Positions 1 to 10,346 of a DNA stretch of 64,000 bases are shown here, piece after piece. A model generated the notes under the pieces. It was not told the DNA's origin and searched no databases. It worked only from the letters and a program-made list of their open reading frames with translations. How positions within the stretch are numbered: position 1 is the stretch's first letter; each line of letters begins with the position of its first letter. The stretch is from NCBI RefSeq assembly GCF_000143415.4, contig NW_003314282.1, positions 1,135,374 through 1,199,373 on the forward strand, given 5' to 3'. The position numbers and the translations under genes were made by a program. Source of the stretch: Selaginella moellendorffii (lineage: Eukaryota; Plantae; Lycopodiophyta).

Positions 1-149
1 ACATCGCAGGGCGATTTAGCATTGGAAGCATGGCAATCTTCGCGAATGTGGCAGCAAAATCGGTGGCAAGAGACCCAAACGAGCGACCCAAAATGAGCCA
101 AGTGTTGCGAGACCTCAAGGAAGCCCAAGCATTCGAAACTGCCATGTAA
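1..149 (+). CDS. 3' end of a receptor-like protein kinase (subdomain XI and C-tail), truncated by the window edge
   Basis: Frame from nt 3 reads IAGRFSIGSMAIFANVAAKSVARDPNERPKMSQVLRDLKEAQAFETAM*; the RPxMxxV motif is typical of plant RLKs. Confidence 0.8.
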   Translation, partial: IAGRFSIGSMAIFANVAAKSVARDPNERPKMSQVLRDLKEAQAFETAM

Positions 150-312
150 TTAAGAAACATATAGTGTTCGTCTCAAACAAACGATCATGCACACGTAATC
201 CAAGGATCCAAGGCATTTGCGAACAGAGCATAGCTCTGTTTTTAGGGTTCTTGGCAATGTATAGACGTAAAGAGAAGATATTTTGCTCCAGGGCTTTAGG
301 GTTTAAGCGGCA

Positions 313-1543
313 ATGGCTGCGACGGGCGCGCGTCTCCTCGGCGGAAGGATGCTGTGCTCCATTCTCGCCGAGCCTCGAGGCGCTTCCACTCGATGCCTGC
401 GCTTCCCGCTACCCAGGAATCCTAGCAGCTGCTCTCAGGTGGGTTGTCGATCAGCAATAGACTGAGCGAGGCCTTTTTCTTCTTATTCTTCGCAGGGAAT
501 GCCGCCATTGCTCGTGAGCCGGAGGTTTGCTTCCATGTGTATGGCGACCGATCGAGTAAGTGCGCAAAATACAATGCAATGCTGGTGGAGTTGAATCGCA
601 TTCTTGTAGAGTGATACATTCTTGGATTGTCTTGCGCAGTCTACTTGAAGGTCTGAGCAACTAGCTACTCCAGGTTTTGTTGTGTTTCTCCTTCACTTCC
701 ATTGCTTTCTCCCGTCTCCTTCTCCATTGCTTTCAGAGTATGTTTGTGTGTGTGTTTGTTTCTTCTTTACTTCCATTGTTTCTCCCTTCCTCTCTTTCTC
801 CACTTCTTTCAGAGTCCTTTGTGTGTGTTTGTGTGTGTGTGTGTTTCTGTTGTTTTCCACTGTCTTCTCACTCGAATTTTTTTTTTCTTTCTAGAACGCT
901 TGGGAGGAGAGAAACCTCAACGACTGGGCTATCTCGAAGCTAAGGGTATGGTTCTTACGAAACCCACGACAAACGTCTGAGCTTTTTCTTTTGATCAGGA
1001 GCTTTTACTTGCTGCGGAGCCCATCACTTTTGGAGAGGGTTCAGCCTACGTGACTGATGTTTCTCGCTGCACTGGTGATGTAAGCACGAAGATTGGGAAT
1101 CTTACTGTTTCTTCCAACGCTCACTCTCTGTGTCAGGCGGCGATACTCACAGTACGTGGGAAAAGACGAGTGGATTACAGCTTCGACATTCTGCTGGACT
1201 TTCTCGGTATCCTAATCTTTTAAGATGAATGCTGCAGAGACCAACGTAAAACGTTGCGCAGGCAAGATCGAGGTCGGTGAGCCGTTTCAAGTGGAAGGGA
1301 CACTCTCGGTCGATACTTGCTTGGGTGATCTTGACGATCTTCGGGTATGTCTTGTTTCCTCTCAGCACAAAGCTTTGAGCCGAGCGGATGATGCAGATAG
1401 ACGTAGCCTTCACCGAAGTTCCAGAGACGCTGCCCGAGCCAGAACGCGAGCACCTCCGATCCCAGATGAGCCAGTTCCTCCCAAAGATCAGGACGCAGCT
1501 CGAGTGCTTCGAGAAGGAGATCAAAGAGCTCGTCTGCGATTGA
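313..1543 (+). CDS. Activator of Hsp90 ATPase (Aha1 N-terminal domain) protein with putative plastid transit peptide; about 7 exons
   Basis: Spliced GT-AG exons give NAWEERNLNDWAISKLR/ELLLAAEPITFGEGSAYVTDVSRCTGD/AAILTVRGKRRVDYSFDILLDFLG...FEKEIKELVCD*, matching Aha1_N motifs (WEE..W, GDA..VRGKR). Confidence 0.8.
744..845. repeat. (GT)n/pyrimidine-rich microsatellite tract inside an intron
   Basis: Runs of gtgtgtgtgt at about 746-755 and 820-844. Confidence 0.7.
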
Positions 1544-1608
1544 AAAGGAGGAAAGCAAACGAAGAATCCTACCAAGTTTTCTCATGTCTTTCACACGTTT
1601 TCTTTCGA

Positions 1609-1875
1609 TCAATTAACATCTTGATGATCTTCTTTCCAGATCATCTGCTGGACTTGCTCCAGTGCCTGTGTGATTTTCTCCTCGAGTTGCTGCATCGTCT
1701 CTCCAATCTCTTGCTCATGCCTCGTCATTTCACGCATTGTCCGTAGAATTTCCCTCTCGGCCTCTAGCATCTCCTCACCATTTTGCTGAAAGAAAAGAAC
1801 GCAGTAAAAACCACCCGCTTCATCAAAACTTACCGCCAACTCCTGTAATATTCTCTTCCAACTGCTATTGTCCAT
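1609..1875 (-). CDS. Small (~72 aa) acidic coiled-coil protein, 2 exons
   Basis: ATG at 1875; 48-nt intron 1786-1833 with GTAAGT donor and TTTCTTTCAG acceptor; second exon QNGEEMLEAEREILRTMREMTRHEQEIGETMQQLEEKITQALEQVQQ is heptad-like; telobox just upstream. Confidence 0.5.
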   Translation of the reverse strand: MDNSSWKRILQELAVSFDEAGGFYCVLFFQQNGEEMLEAEREILRTMREMTRHEQEIGETMQQLEEKITQALEQVQQMIWKEDHQDVN

Positions 1876-1961
1876 ATCACCACAAACCCTAAAATACTAG
1901 AACCCAAAATACTTCCAATTTGGGCCCTAAATTTTACTCTCTTGCCACCCTTTTTGTACAA

Positions 1962-3029
1962 ATGGCCAAGTTGATCAAGCTCAGCTCCTACCTTTGCGTG
2001 GGTGGTAAGTTCCCAAATCACGATCTCCAGGCTCTCCTCCAGCACAACAATGGCGATCAATCGTGGTCACTGCTGCTCAAGGACGACGACGAGATCATCG
2101 CCTTGGACGACGATCACAGCAGCAGCGACGTCAATCATCACCTCCTGCCCAAGCTCTCGCTTCGCAAATCCTTGAAAGCTCCTCCAAATCCCCGGTGTAG
2201 GATCCTCCACTGGTCGGCGCTGGGAGGCCTGGTTTGCACGGTCGGCTATCTCCGAGGCCTTGCTCACGAGATCCTCGTCTTTAATCCGCTCACGGGATCT
2301 AGCAGGAGGCTGCCGCATCCTTCCACTCTCGACTCGGGCCCTCTCGGCATGGCGATGGCGCGGGATCCAAGCTCCAAAGCCTGGAACAAGAGCTACACGG
2401 TTATAATCTTCGATGAGTTCTACATCCATACTTACAGCTCCATGCGCGGGGACTGGGCCACGACGCTGGCCGAGGAGAGTTTCAAGCCTTCCACCGGAGT
2501 GATCGTCGCCAGCGACGAGCTCGTCTACTACGCGTGCGATTCAGAGACGCTGCTGCTCAGCCTGTACGATTGGAAACTCCTCAGGAGAGTGAGCCCACCT
2601 TGCGGGTCCATTAGAGTCGACGAGCGCGACGTTTCTATCTCCAACAATCTCGTCGACTTTCGGGGGCGCTACGTGACGGTATCCGGGGTCCGGATAGAGG
2701 GCAGTGATGAGAACTCCATTGCGGTATGGGAGCTCGACCAAGGCAAGCGGCTGATCAAGAGCCCGTGGGTGCTCTGGCTGTGCATGCCGTGTAATCTCCT
2801 GAAAGACTTTTTTGTAAAGGTCGAGCAGACTGCGTCTGTAAGAGCTTACCAGTTTGAGGCGTCCTTCACCGGTCGGCTGATTGGAGCCTCTCTCAAGGGA
2901 CACCCAGAACTCGGGGGACTCGCTTATGACACGAAGCTTGATGTCTGGAGCCATGTCCCCGAGAGTGCATTTAGGATCGCCGTTCCGCCACTGGTTTGCT
3001 TTCAGCCGGACTTTAGAGCTATTCCTTGA
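1962..3029 (+). CDS. Intronless F-box-associated/kelch-like beta-propeller protein (no clear F-box at N-terminus)
   Basis: 355-aa ORF containing GGLVC, ILVFNPLTGSSRRLP, YSS..GDW, AYD...DVWS and terminal FQPDF, as in plant F-box/kelch C-terminal domains. Confidence 0.7.
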   Translation: MAKLIKLSSYLCVGGKFPNHDLQALLQHNNGDQSWSLLLKDDDEIIALDDDHSSSDVNHHLLPKLSLRKSLKAPPNPRCRILHWSALGGLVCTVGYLRGLAHEILVFNPLTGSSRRLPHPSTLDSGPLGMAMARDPSSKAWNKSYTVIIFDEFYIHTYSSMRGDWATTLAEESFKPSTGVIVASDELVYYACDSETLLLSLYDWKLLRRVSPPCGSIRVDERDVSISNNLVDFRGRYVTVSGVRIEGSDENSIAVWELDQGKRLIKSPWVLWLCMPCNLLKDFFVKVEQTASVRAYQFEASFTGRLIGASLKGHPELGGLAYDTKLDVWSHVPESAFRIAVPPLVCFQPDFRAIP

Positions 3030-3150
3030 CATATCTAGAAAGAACTAATGATGTAAAACGAATGACGTGATTAGAAACATGTAAGCTTACTTGCTATATG
3101 AAGAGCACAACTGCTTCGTAGTGTATGTATGCTGCGGCTCCCATTCTTAT

Positions 3151-6100
3151 CTATCCTTTGTTCCAGCCCCTTTCACGCTGGTGCATGGAACCCTTCCTGC
3201 CACTGAGAATTCGTTGGGCTCCTCCTGGATGCTTGTTCCAGGACCTGGCCACCAAACTTACTCGTCTCATTCTGGTACCACTGGACTGCTTTGTTTCCGG
3301 GAGGTTGTCGCACGTTTCCTTCTTCAACGCCATCAGCTTCTCCCTCGACCGCATTAACGGCGAGCTGAAGTGTACTCTTCTGTGTTGCCTTAGCCTTGTG
3401 AGCGTTCCAGGAACGTCGATACCTTTCCAGGCTACGGAAGGGACGTTGCTATCTTCTACCTGGAAGGTGCGGCTCTCTGCTTGGACGATACTCTGCACTG
3501 TCTTAATGTCCTCTTGCACCTCCGATGACTTAAGCTGAGTTGATGGAGTCTCCACGACGAATTTCGTTGGAGCAGGAGCCAAGGACGTCCGTCGAGTGAT
3601 TCCGCACAGCGAAGTTCGGCGGGGCATTGGCATAAGCGGCGGAGAATTGAATCTCGAAGGTACCACCTTCAGCCTTGCGTGTGGAGGCTTGCGTAGAACC
3701 GAAGTAAGACCATCTGGATTTTGGGGATCGATGTTCTCGTTTTGCAGAGCACGGTTTTCACCAAGGACTTTGGGAGCTTTCTCGTCTTTGCTTAGCGGCT
3801 TAAGCTCATTCTCCAGCGCCCGCTCTTGTAACGGTTGTCTGTAACTATTTTCCTTGGGGTGAAAACTAGCGGCTGTTTTAAACGCAGCTTCAAGAGCTTC
3901 TTCCGCATTCGCCCTGTCAGCCCTGTCCCACGATCCTTCTCTATCAGCTTTCAGACGCTTTTCCTTGAGAGCCACTTCTGCTGCAAGACGAGCTTTCTTC
4001 TCGGTGGCTAGCTGGAGCTCCAGTTCAGCAGCAACTTTGTCTCGGTCCTTGACCTTTTCAGCTAGGCTCTGACACAGTTGTTCTTTTACCTTCAGTTTAC
4101 TTTCGGTGGTACGTAAGCTGTCTTCGAGCCTTCTGACGCTATCATCCTTGGTTTTCACATCTTGCTTAGCCTTCTCTGCCTGCATGCTCTGGGTTTTAGG
4201 AGACTGAGATTCACAGAGAAATACTTTACCATTTGCTTATACTTGAAAAACTCCGAGGAATCGAGCTGCTTCTTTGCCGGACCCATCTCTACACCACGTA
4301 CTCTGCTAGCAAAATTTAAGGAGCACAACGTTTCCCCGACATCAGCCTCGGTGGGGCTTATCTGTACGAACATAAGAGTCTTCGATTCTCCTCCTGCACA
4401 AAAGAATGAATGGACAATTGAAGAGGGAACGCCAGACATACCAAGCGAGTCTTGCAGAAGATGTGTTAACTTCGAGTTCCTGCACAATGCCCGACTAATT
4501 AATGTCTGCGTTGCTCTAGACCTGAATTACCTGTAAGGCACGTGGTTACTTTTCGTCGTTAGAGCGTGAATAACATCTCCCAGGGCTGATAACGACTTGT
4601 TGATGTTCTGAGCTTCTTTCAGGCGATCACCCTGAACATCACTTTTTGCAACTCTCTCGCTTCCAGCAAGATCGACAAGCCAAAGCTTGCTGCGAGTACA
4701 TTCTCCTGTAGTCATGTTCTCGCCTCTTACTTTCACGCACAACATGCTGCAACGGCATCATTAGAGACCAAAATTTAAACTTCAAGACGTTATACAAACC
4801 AGTGAGAACGGCTACTATGTTCGTTAGCATTTGTAGAGCCAACAGCTCGAGCAGCGCTCCCGCTTTGGAGAACCTCCCATACTTCTGTCATGCTGTGTAC
4901 CTCAGCCTCGACGAGGCCAGGAACACGATGGCCACCATCAGCGTCTTGCTTAATTTCTAGCCTGAACAAAATGTGTTAGCAAGCCGCAATAATAGCTTTG
5001 CCTACCTCTTTGGCGCCAGACCAGCTTGAGATGGTGTTGTCAACAAGTCTCGGATCTGCTCATTATAAACTTCTAGAACACTAACTTTTATCTCATAGTT
5101 GACCTCTCCTTTGCGTACAGTAGATAGTCGAAAAAGTTCCTCCAATGTACGATAGTTGACACCTCGGTTTCCTGGAATGCCTTCCATCGTGAATGTTTTG
5201 CCAGTACCTGTTTGTCCGTAGGCAAATATGCACACGTTGTAGCCATCCAGGACAGATACAACGACCGGAGACGTGTCTGCAAACACTTCAGCTGCACAAC
5301 GGAAACGAGGATCAGCTTGTGAATATAGACTTTGCCATATACTCACGTTGATCGTCTTCGGGAGTGAACACTCGATCAAACTTGTAGAGCTTTTTCGGAT
5401 TGGTGCCAGCCCGAATGACGAGTTCATTCTCTCTAGCGGAGTCAAACTCGACTACTGACACCGACGATGCTGACGCTTCTGATGCATTCAACGGTCTGCA
5501 TCTGCAAAACACCCTAACGTTCCCTGGAAGAAAACTCATGAAATCAATTATACAGATGTAGCAAACTTGCCTTTCATTTCAATCAACTTGTTGTACAAAA
5601 ACTTCCGTTCTTGACTCTCGTCTAGTAGTCTTTTCTTTAACTCCTTCTGTTCATTCACTGACAAAAACGATATATTCAGCATTGAAGTAAGTCCAACTGC
5701 GCTCGGCCTTACCTAAAGCTTGAACCGCAGAAACCATGCCATGGGGATCTGGAAAGGAGCATATACAATCTCTTGCGTCCTTGGACAGGAGACTATAGAG
5801 TATTCTGAGTTCCTGGATTATCAACAAATGAATAAGTATCAGAAGACAGAGAAAGAAATGGACGCTAACCTCGACTTTCCTCTGGGCATCACTGACGGCT
5901 AGCTTCAACTTCGTCTTTTCGTTCATTTCTTTTTCCTTCAAATCTCTTAGCTCCAGCACCTGAGTTTCCACGGCATTTGCTGATAACAAAACAAAAAGCA
6001 TAAAGTCTTAACTCAATCTAGATAATCGTACCGAGTGTATCGACAGTAAGAGACTTCACGGAAAGTTCATCACGTAATTTTTCAGCTTGGCGATTGGATT

Positions 6101-7250
6101 CTTGAACAGAAATCCAGGCCTGATGGCACTCGTTTCTGAGTTCTTCCAATCTTTGCTCGCTTTCAGTAACTGCTCCTCGACTTTTATCCCTCATCTGAAG
6201 CAATCCAAACCATCATTAATAGTTTGAGAAAAAGTAGCGCTGCATTACGAACCTGCTCACAAAACGTGAGTCTGCGAGCATTCTGCTTCTGGCAGTTTTC
6301 CAACGCAAGCTCGTAAATTGGTCGTGGCTTACGACCGGTTCGCTTAGCTGGATCAAACAAAAAAATCAACAAATTATTTACTACATTGAAGAAACGCACC
6401 AAGAGGAGGAGCTCTGTGAACGCAGATGGCGCTGATGGTGGGATTTCCAACAACGCCACGAAATGCCAAAGTAAGAACACCGCCGTCGACTGCAGCTCGC
6501 ACGTTTAGCAAAATCAAGGGCCTGTTCGACCCCACCCGTCCATAGACGTCAAGATCCGAGACAACCTATACGCAAGAAGGACAAACGTAAAAAGTGAAAA
6601 GAACATGAAAAAATTCCAAAGACTCTCACCTTCTCGTCCTGAATGTAGACGTCAAAGATCCTCATCCCAGGAGGACCATTCGTGAAAATAATCTCGGCAA
6701 AGTGGATATCCACGTAGTAATCTCCACTTTCCAGTCCATCTAGGGCGTAAGTAACCTCCCCATACCTTGCTGTGCGGTATAGCGAAGGCTCCTGCGCATC
6801 AACGATATCTTCGGCAGTTCTAAGCACATCTCCACCAGAGAAAAATCGATCGTCCACGAAATCGATGCCGAAAGATGTATCTAGAATCGATGAGCCACCG
6901 GCATTTATCGCGGCCACGACCTTGTCTGGAAATAGGCATAGGCATGGCGGCAGAGTATTTCGCGATGCTTCTCGCAAGAACAAGAACATACCTGGAATGT
7001 AATTGAACGAGAGCTCGTTCCCCTCGCAGAAACTGCTAAGAATTTCCTCTCCATCTCCCAAATCCAGCTCGAAATCTCGCACCGGGCTCGAGAAAACCGT
7101 GATTTCTTCGTCATCCCTGGCCGCGACCCTGGAATCCTCTGCCGCGGACGCTTCTTCGATCATCGGATCCTGGCGAGCAGCGTCATCAGCTAGATCGCCG
7201 CCACAGCCCTCTCTAGACGCTCGACGCAAGAAATCTAACATCGCTGCCAT
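3151..7250 (-). CDS. Kinesin-14 with N-terminal malectin (di-glucose-binding) domain
   Basis: Malectin motifs [27 protein letters not shown]; coiled coil; motor motifs [54 protein letters not shown]; many short introns. Confidence 0.93.
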
Positions 7251-7487
7251 TCCCAAAACCTAAAAGAAACAAGGGCAAAAGGGCAAATAGACTAGCCGTT
7301 GGCTTTAAAATGTCCCGCCCAAATGGTCGGATTTGTTTAGTCAACTAAGCCTATTTACCACAATAATCACGATTAAGCTTTTCCTGGCATTCCAAGAGAG
7401 AAAGCAACACAAGAAGCCGCGATGGCGCTCGCGAATCAAAGAAACACACGGACACACATGAAAGGAAATTTCTTCACTGCGACGCGA

Positions 7488-7712
7488 TCACTTCTTGCTC
7501 GCGGGCGGACTGTAGGTCGCGCTGCCTTTGCCGCTGTTGTAGTACGTCGATCCATTGGGATTGGAGTAGTAGTAGGATCCGTTCTGGTTGGAATAGTGGT
7601 ACGCGTTGGGATTTGGAGCCGAGGCGCCATAATCGCGAGAGCAGTAGTGATTTCCCTGCGAGTTCGTCCCAGAGCCCTTGTAGGAGTAGCCCTTCTCGCC
7701 CGATCCAGACAT
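7488..7712 (-). CDS. 74-aa Tyr/Asn/Ser/Gly-rich microprotein (GTNSQGNHYCSRDYG...YHYSN.NGSYYYSNPNGSTYYN), unknown function
   Basis: Intronless ORF with ATG at 7712 in good context (ACAATGT), internal repeats, pyrimidine-rich leader and upstream G-boxes. Confidence 0.75.
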   Translation of the reverse strand: MSGSGEKGYSYKGSGTNSQGNHYCSRDYGASAPNPNAYHYSNQNGSYYYSNPNGSTYYNSGKGSATYSPPASKK

Positions 7713-7874
7713 TGTAGCAAGCGCGCCTGCGAGAAAGGCGAGAGAACAAGGAGGAGAATCGAAGCGATCGAGAGATAGAACCCTACCTCGAAAACCGAAA
7801 AAGCCCACGGAAAGAATGGCACAAAACCCTCTTTGCTTGGTGATCTATAAATGCCTGCTGACGGCGGTTTTATT

Positions 7875-7906
7875 CCACGTGGCGGTTCGTTACTCTGCCA
7901 CGTGGA
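7875..7906. promoter_or_regulatory. Pair of G-box/ABRE elements upstream of the microprotein gene
   Basis: CCACGTGGC (CACGTG 7876-7881) and GCCACGTGG (CACGTG 7899-7904), about 30-55 nt upstream of a TATA-like element at about 7845-7851. Confidence 0.55.
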
Positions 7907-7999
7907 CACTTGGGAATTTACGGTCACAACGAAGAACTTCCAGTTCTTCGAGATAAATATCTCATATTTACAAACTGCTGCCTGTAAAAATTTCTTGTG

Positions 8000-9665
8000 C
8001 TACGCGAAGACTGGAGCGCTGGAGGAAGACGACGATGGCGTCTTGTTGTTTGATTCTTCTTTTCCCCACCAAGTAGCCAGCGTCAATCCCATCACTGCCA
8101 TTATCACCACCGAGCAAGCCGGAGGAACTGCTTGAGTGTCGCCCAAAAACTGGGTGGCCAGGAGCATTGCTAGCGTCGAGCTTTGCATTCCAGTGCAAAG
8201 TGACAGTGTTCTTGACACCTTGTGATTTTGCCTGAGATACAGAACAAAAAGGAACTCGAAGTAAGGATTAACGGAACTAGAAGCGAAGAACTTTAGTTAC
8301 CTCCAGAAGGGAAGTCTCGAGATGAAATAGCCAAGACCAAAGCCAAGGGCGTGGAATACCAGCACCGGGAACAAAAGCTGGAGACCTTCCATTGATATGA
8401 TCTTCGACTGGTTGAGAGCCAGAGGGCTTCCAATGCACAGCGACGTGCAAACCATGGCAACCAGCGGCATCACGGGACGTATTCTGTCCACCAGCGGCTT
8501 TGCGTAAGTGTTGAGAGTAAGTCCTGTTAGAACCGGAAGAAAGACCACCTGAAACAAGGAAAGGATTTGAGTTACATGAAATCTCGAGGCCATAGTTTAC
8601 CTGGAGAATTGATTTCGCCATGGCTACGACGTCCACTGGCACAACTGAGCCAATCAAAAACTGCGTAAGAAAAGGCGTGACGATCACAGAAGTAATCGTG
8701 CTGATGCTCGTAAGCATGATGCTGAGAGCTATGTCGCCTTCACTTAAGTAAGCCGCGTAGCTGGAGAGCTGAGCACCCGCAACACAAGCCGTGAGAATGA
8801 GACCCGCGGCAAACGAAGGAGGAACACCGAAGCCTCTCACTACCAAAAACCCGAGTATTGGCTTCATCACGTATTGAAGCACGTAGCCCATGCATAGAGG
8901 CAAAGGCCTGAATCGAAAAAAGAAAAGGAAGAACTTCTCAGTGCAAAAAAACATGGACTGTAAGCTCACCTCTGCAAAACAATCGCGAAGTCGGATATGG
9001 AAAGCTGGACGCCTATAGAGAGCATGATTCCTCCAAGTGCCGGAGCATAGTGCTCTTTTCTGACCCTGAAAGTTCATCAAAGTTTATATCCAATCTCAGT
9101 GATAAAACCTTGATTTGGATGGACAGAAGAAAGCTAGATCAATCTCAAAAGTTCTCGGTGAGAAATTCTCTTACGTACCACGCAAATGTAGCTGGGTGGA
9201 TGAGCGCCGCGGCAGCAGTGGCCACCACAATGTATGGCAGCATTTTGGAGAGCGACTTGGCTATGTCGATCTTCCTTCCTTGGCTGTCCCTCTTAACCTT
9301 CAAGCCAAAAGACGCCAGGGGATTCTCTTCTCTAGAAACCTTTCGGGAGCTATGATCCTTGGGAGCTTTGGAGAATACCTGGAGCTTCCCGATGCTACTC
9401 GCGCTGTTGTTCGCGCTGCTGGCTGGATGAAAATCGCCAAATTTCGAGAACATCCCGTCCTCTGCCTCGCTGTGCTCGATGCGAGAGCAATAGCGCCTCC
9501 ATCGCCTTCGACCTGGAGCGGCATTCGAAATATCTATCATCCATCGCTGCGAAACCAAATTGCCTCACACATACCTCTGGGAAGGACGCTTCTCGAGCAC
9601 AAAACCCTGAGAGACAAGAATGTGCCCTGCGAGACCGCGCTACTCGTCGTCAGCACGAATGCCAT
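8000..9665 (-). CDS. Plastid bile acid:sodium symporter family protein (BASS3-like)
   Basis: Transit-peptide-like N-terminus MAFVLTTSSAVSQG; motifs QYVMKPILG, GLILTACVAGAQLSSYA, SRTLSLCTGMQSSTLA, VPPACSVV. Confidence 0.9.
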
Positions 9666-10346
9666 CTCCGGCGAGGCAAAATAGCGGCGTCAACACCGCC
9701 AGAGCTTCATTCCGGGATAAAATCCGTGAGAACCGACCGAGCGCCGCGCCCGCCCTCTTTGCCTATCTATCGCGCCTCACCGCCATAGCTAAAAGCTCAC
9801 CCTATCAATTCATTCACAAAGCGGGGAACAAAGAAATTCCATTGCGAGTACGGTCGGATGCCATAAACGTACGAAAGAGAGGATATTTAACGATATTCCT
9901 AGAGATATATGCTGTCCTTTAGGTCATTCAAATGGCGCTCTTTCTTGTTGCTAAATAGACACAGTTGAGCCACAAGGCTCGATTGGTGGTGTGGAGACCA
10001 CTGTCGTGGAAGAAGCTCATTCCTACACGCTGCTTTAATAGTTATATTCGAACTCGTGCATAGAATCTATACCATAGAGATTTAAACAATTGAGCAAACC
10101 ATAGAGCATGGTAAAACTTAATTAGCTCCGTGACATCCTTCATGACTTGCTAATGTAGCAGGCACTCTTTTCCCCGGCCTTAATTATTTTCTTCGATTGT
10201 AATGAACACTTTGCTAGAGCTTTGTGGCCGCGTCTCTAATAAACAAGAGCTCACTAGTGTAAGCAGACAAAGAAAAACTGGGAGTTACCTTTGTTTTTCT
10301 ACTGCCCGTACAAGCTTATTCCATGCGTCGTCAGTGGTGCTTTTCT

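Noticed and set aside
677-980. Hydrophobic VCVCVC ORFs
   Set aside because: Translation of an intronic GT/pyrimidine microsatellite
1208-1261. Possible U12 intron in the Aha1 gene (GTATCCTA donor)
   Set aside because: No TCCTTAAC-like branch site near the acceptor
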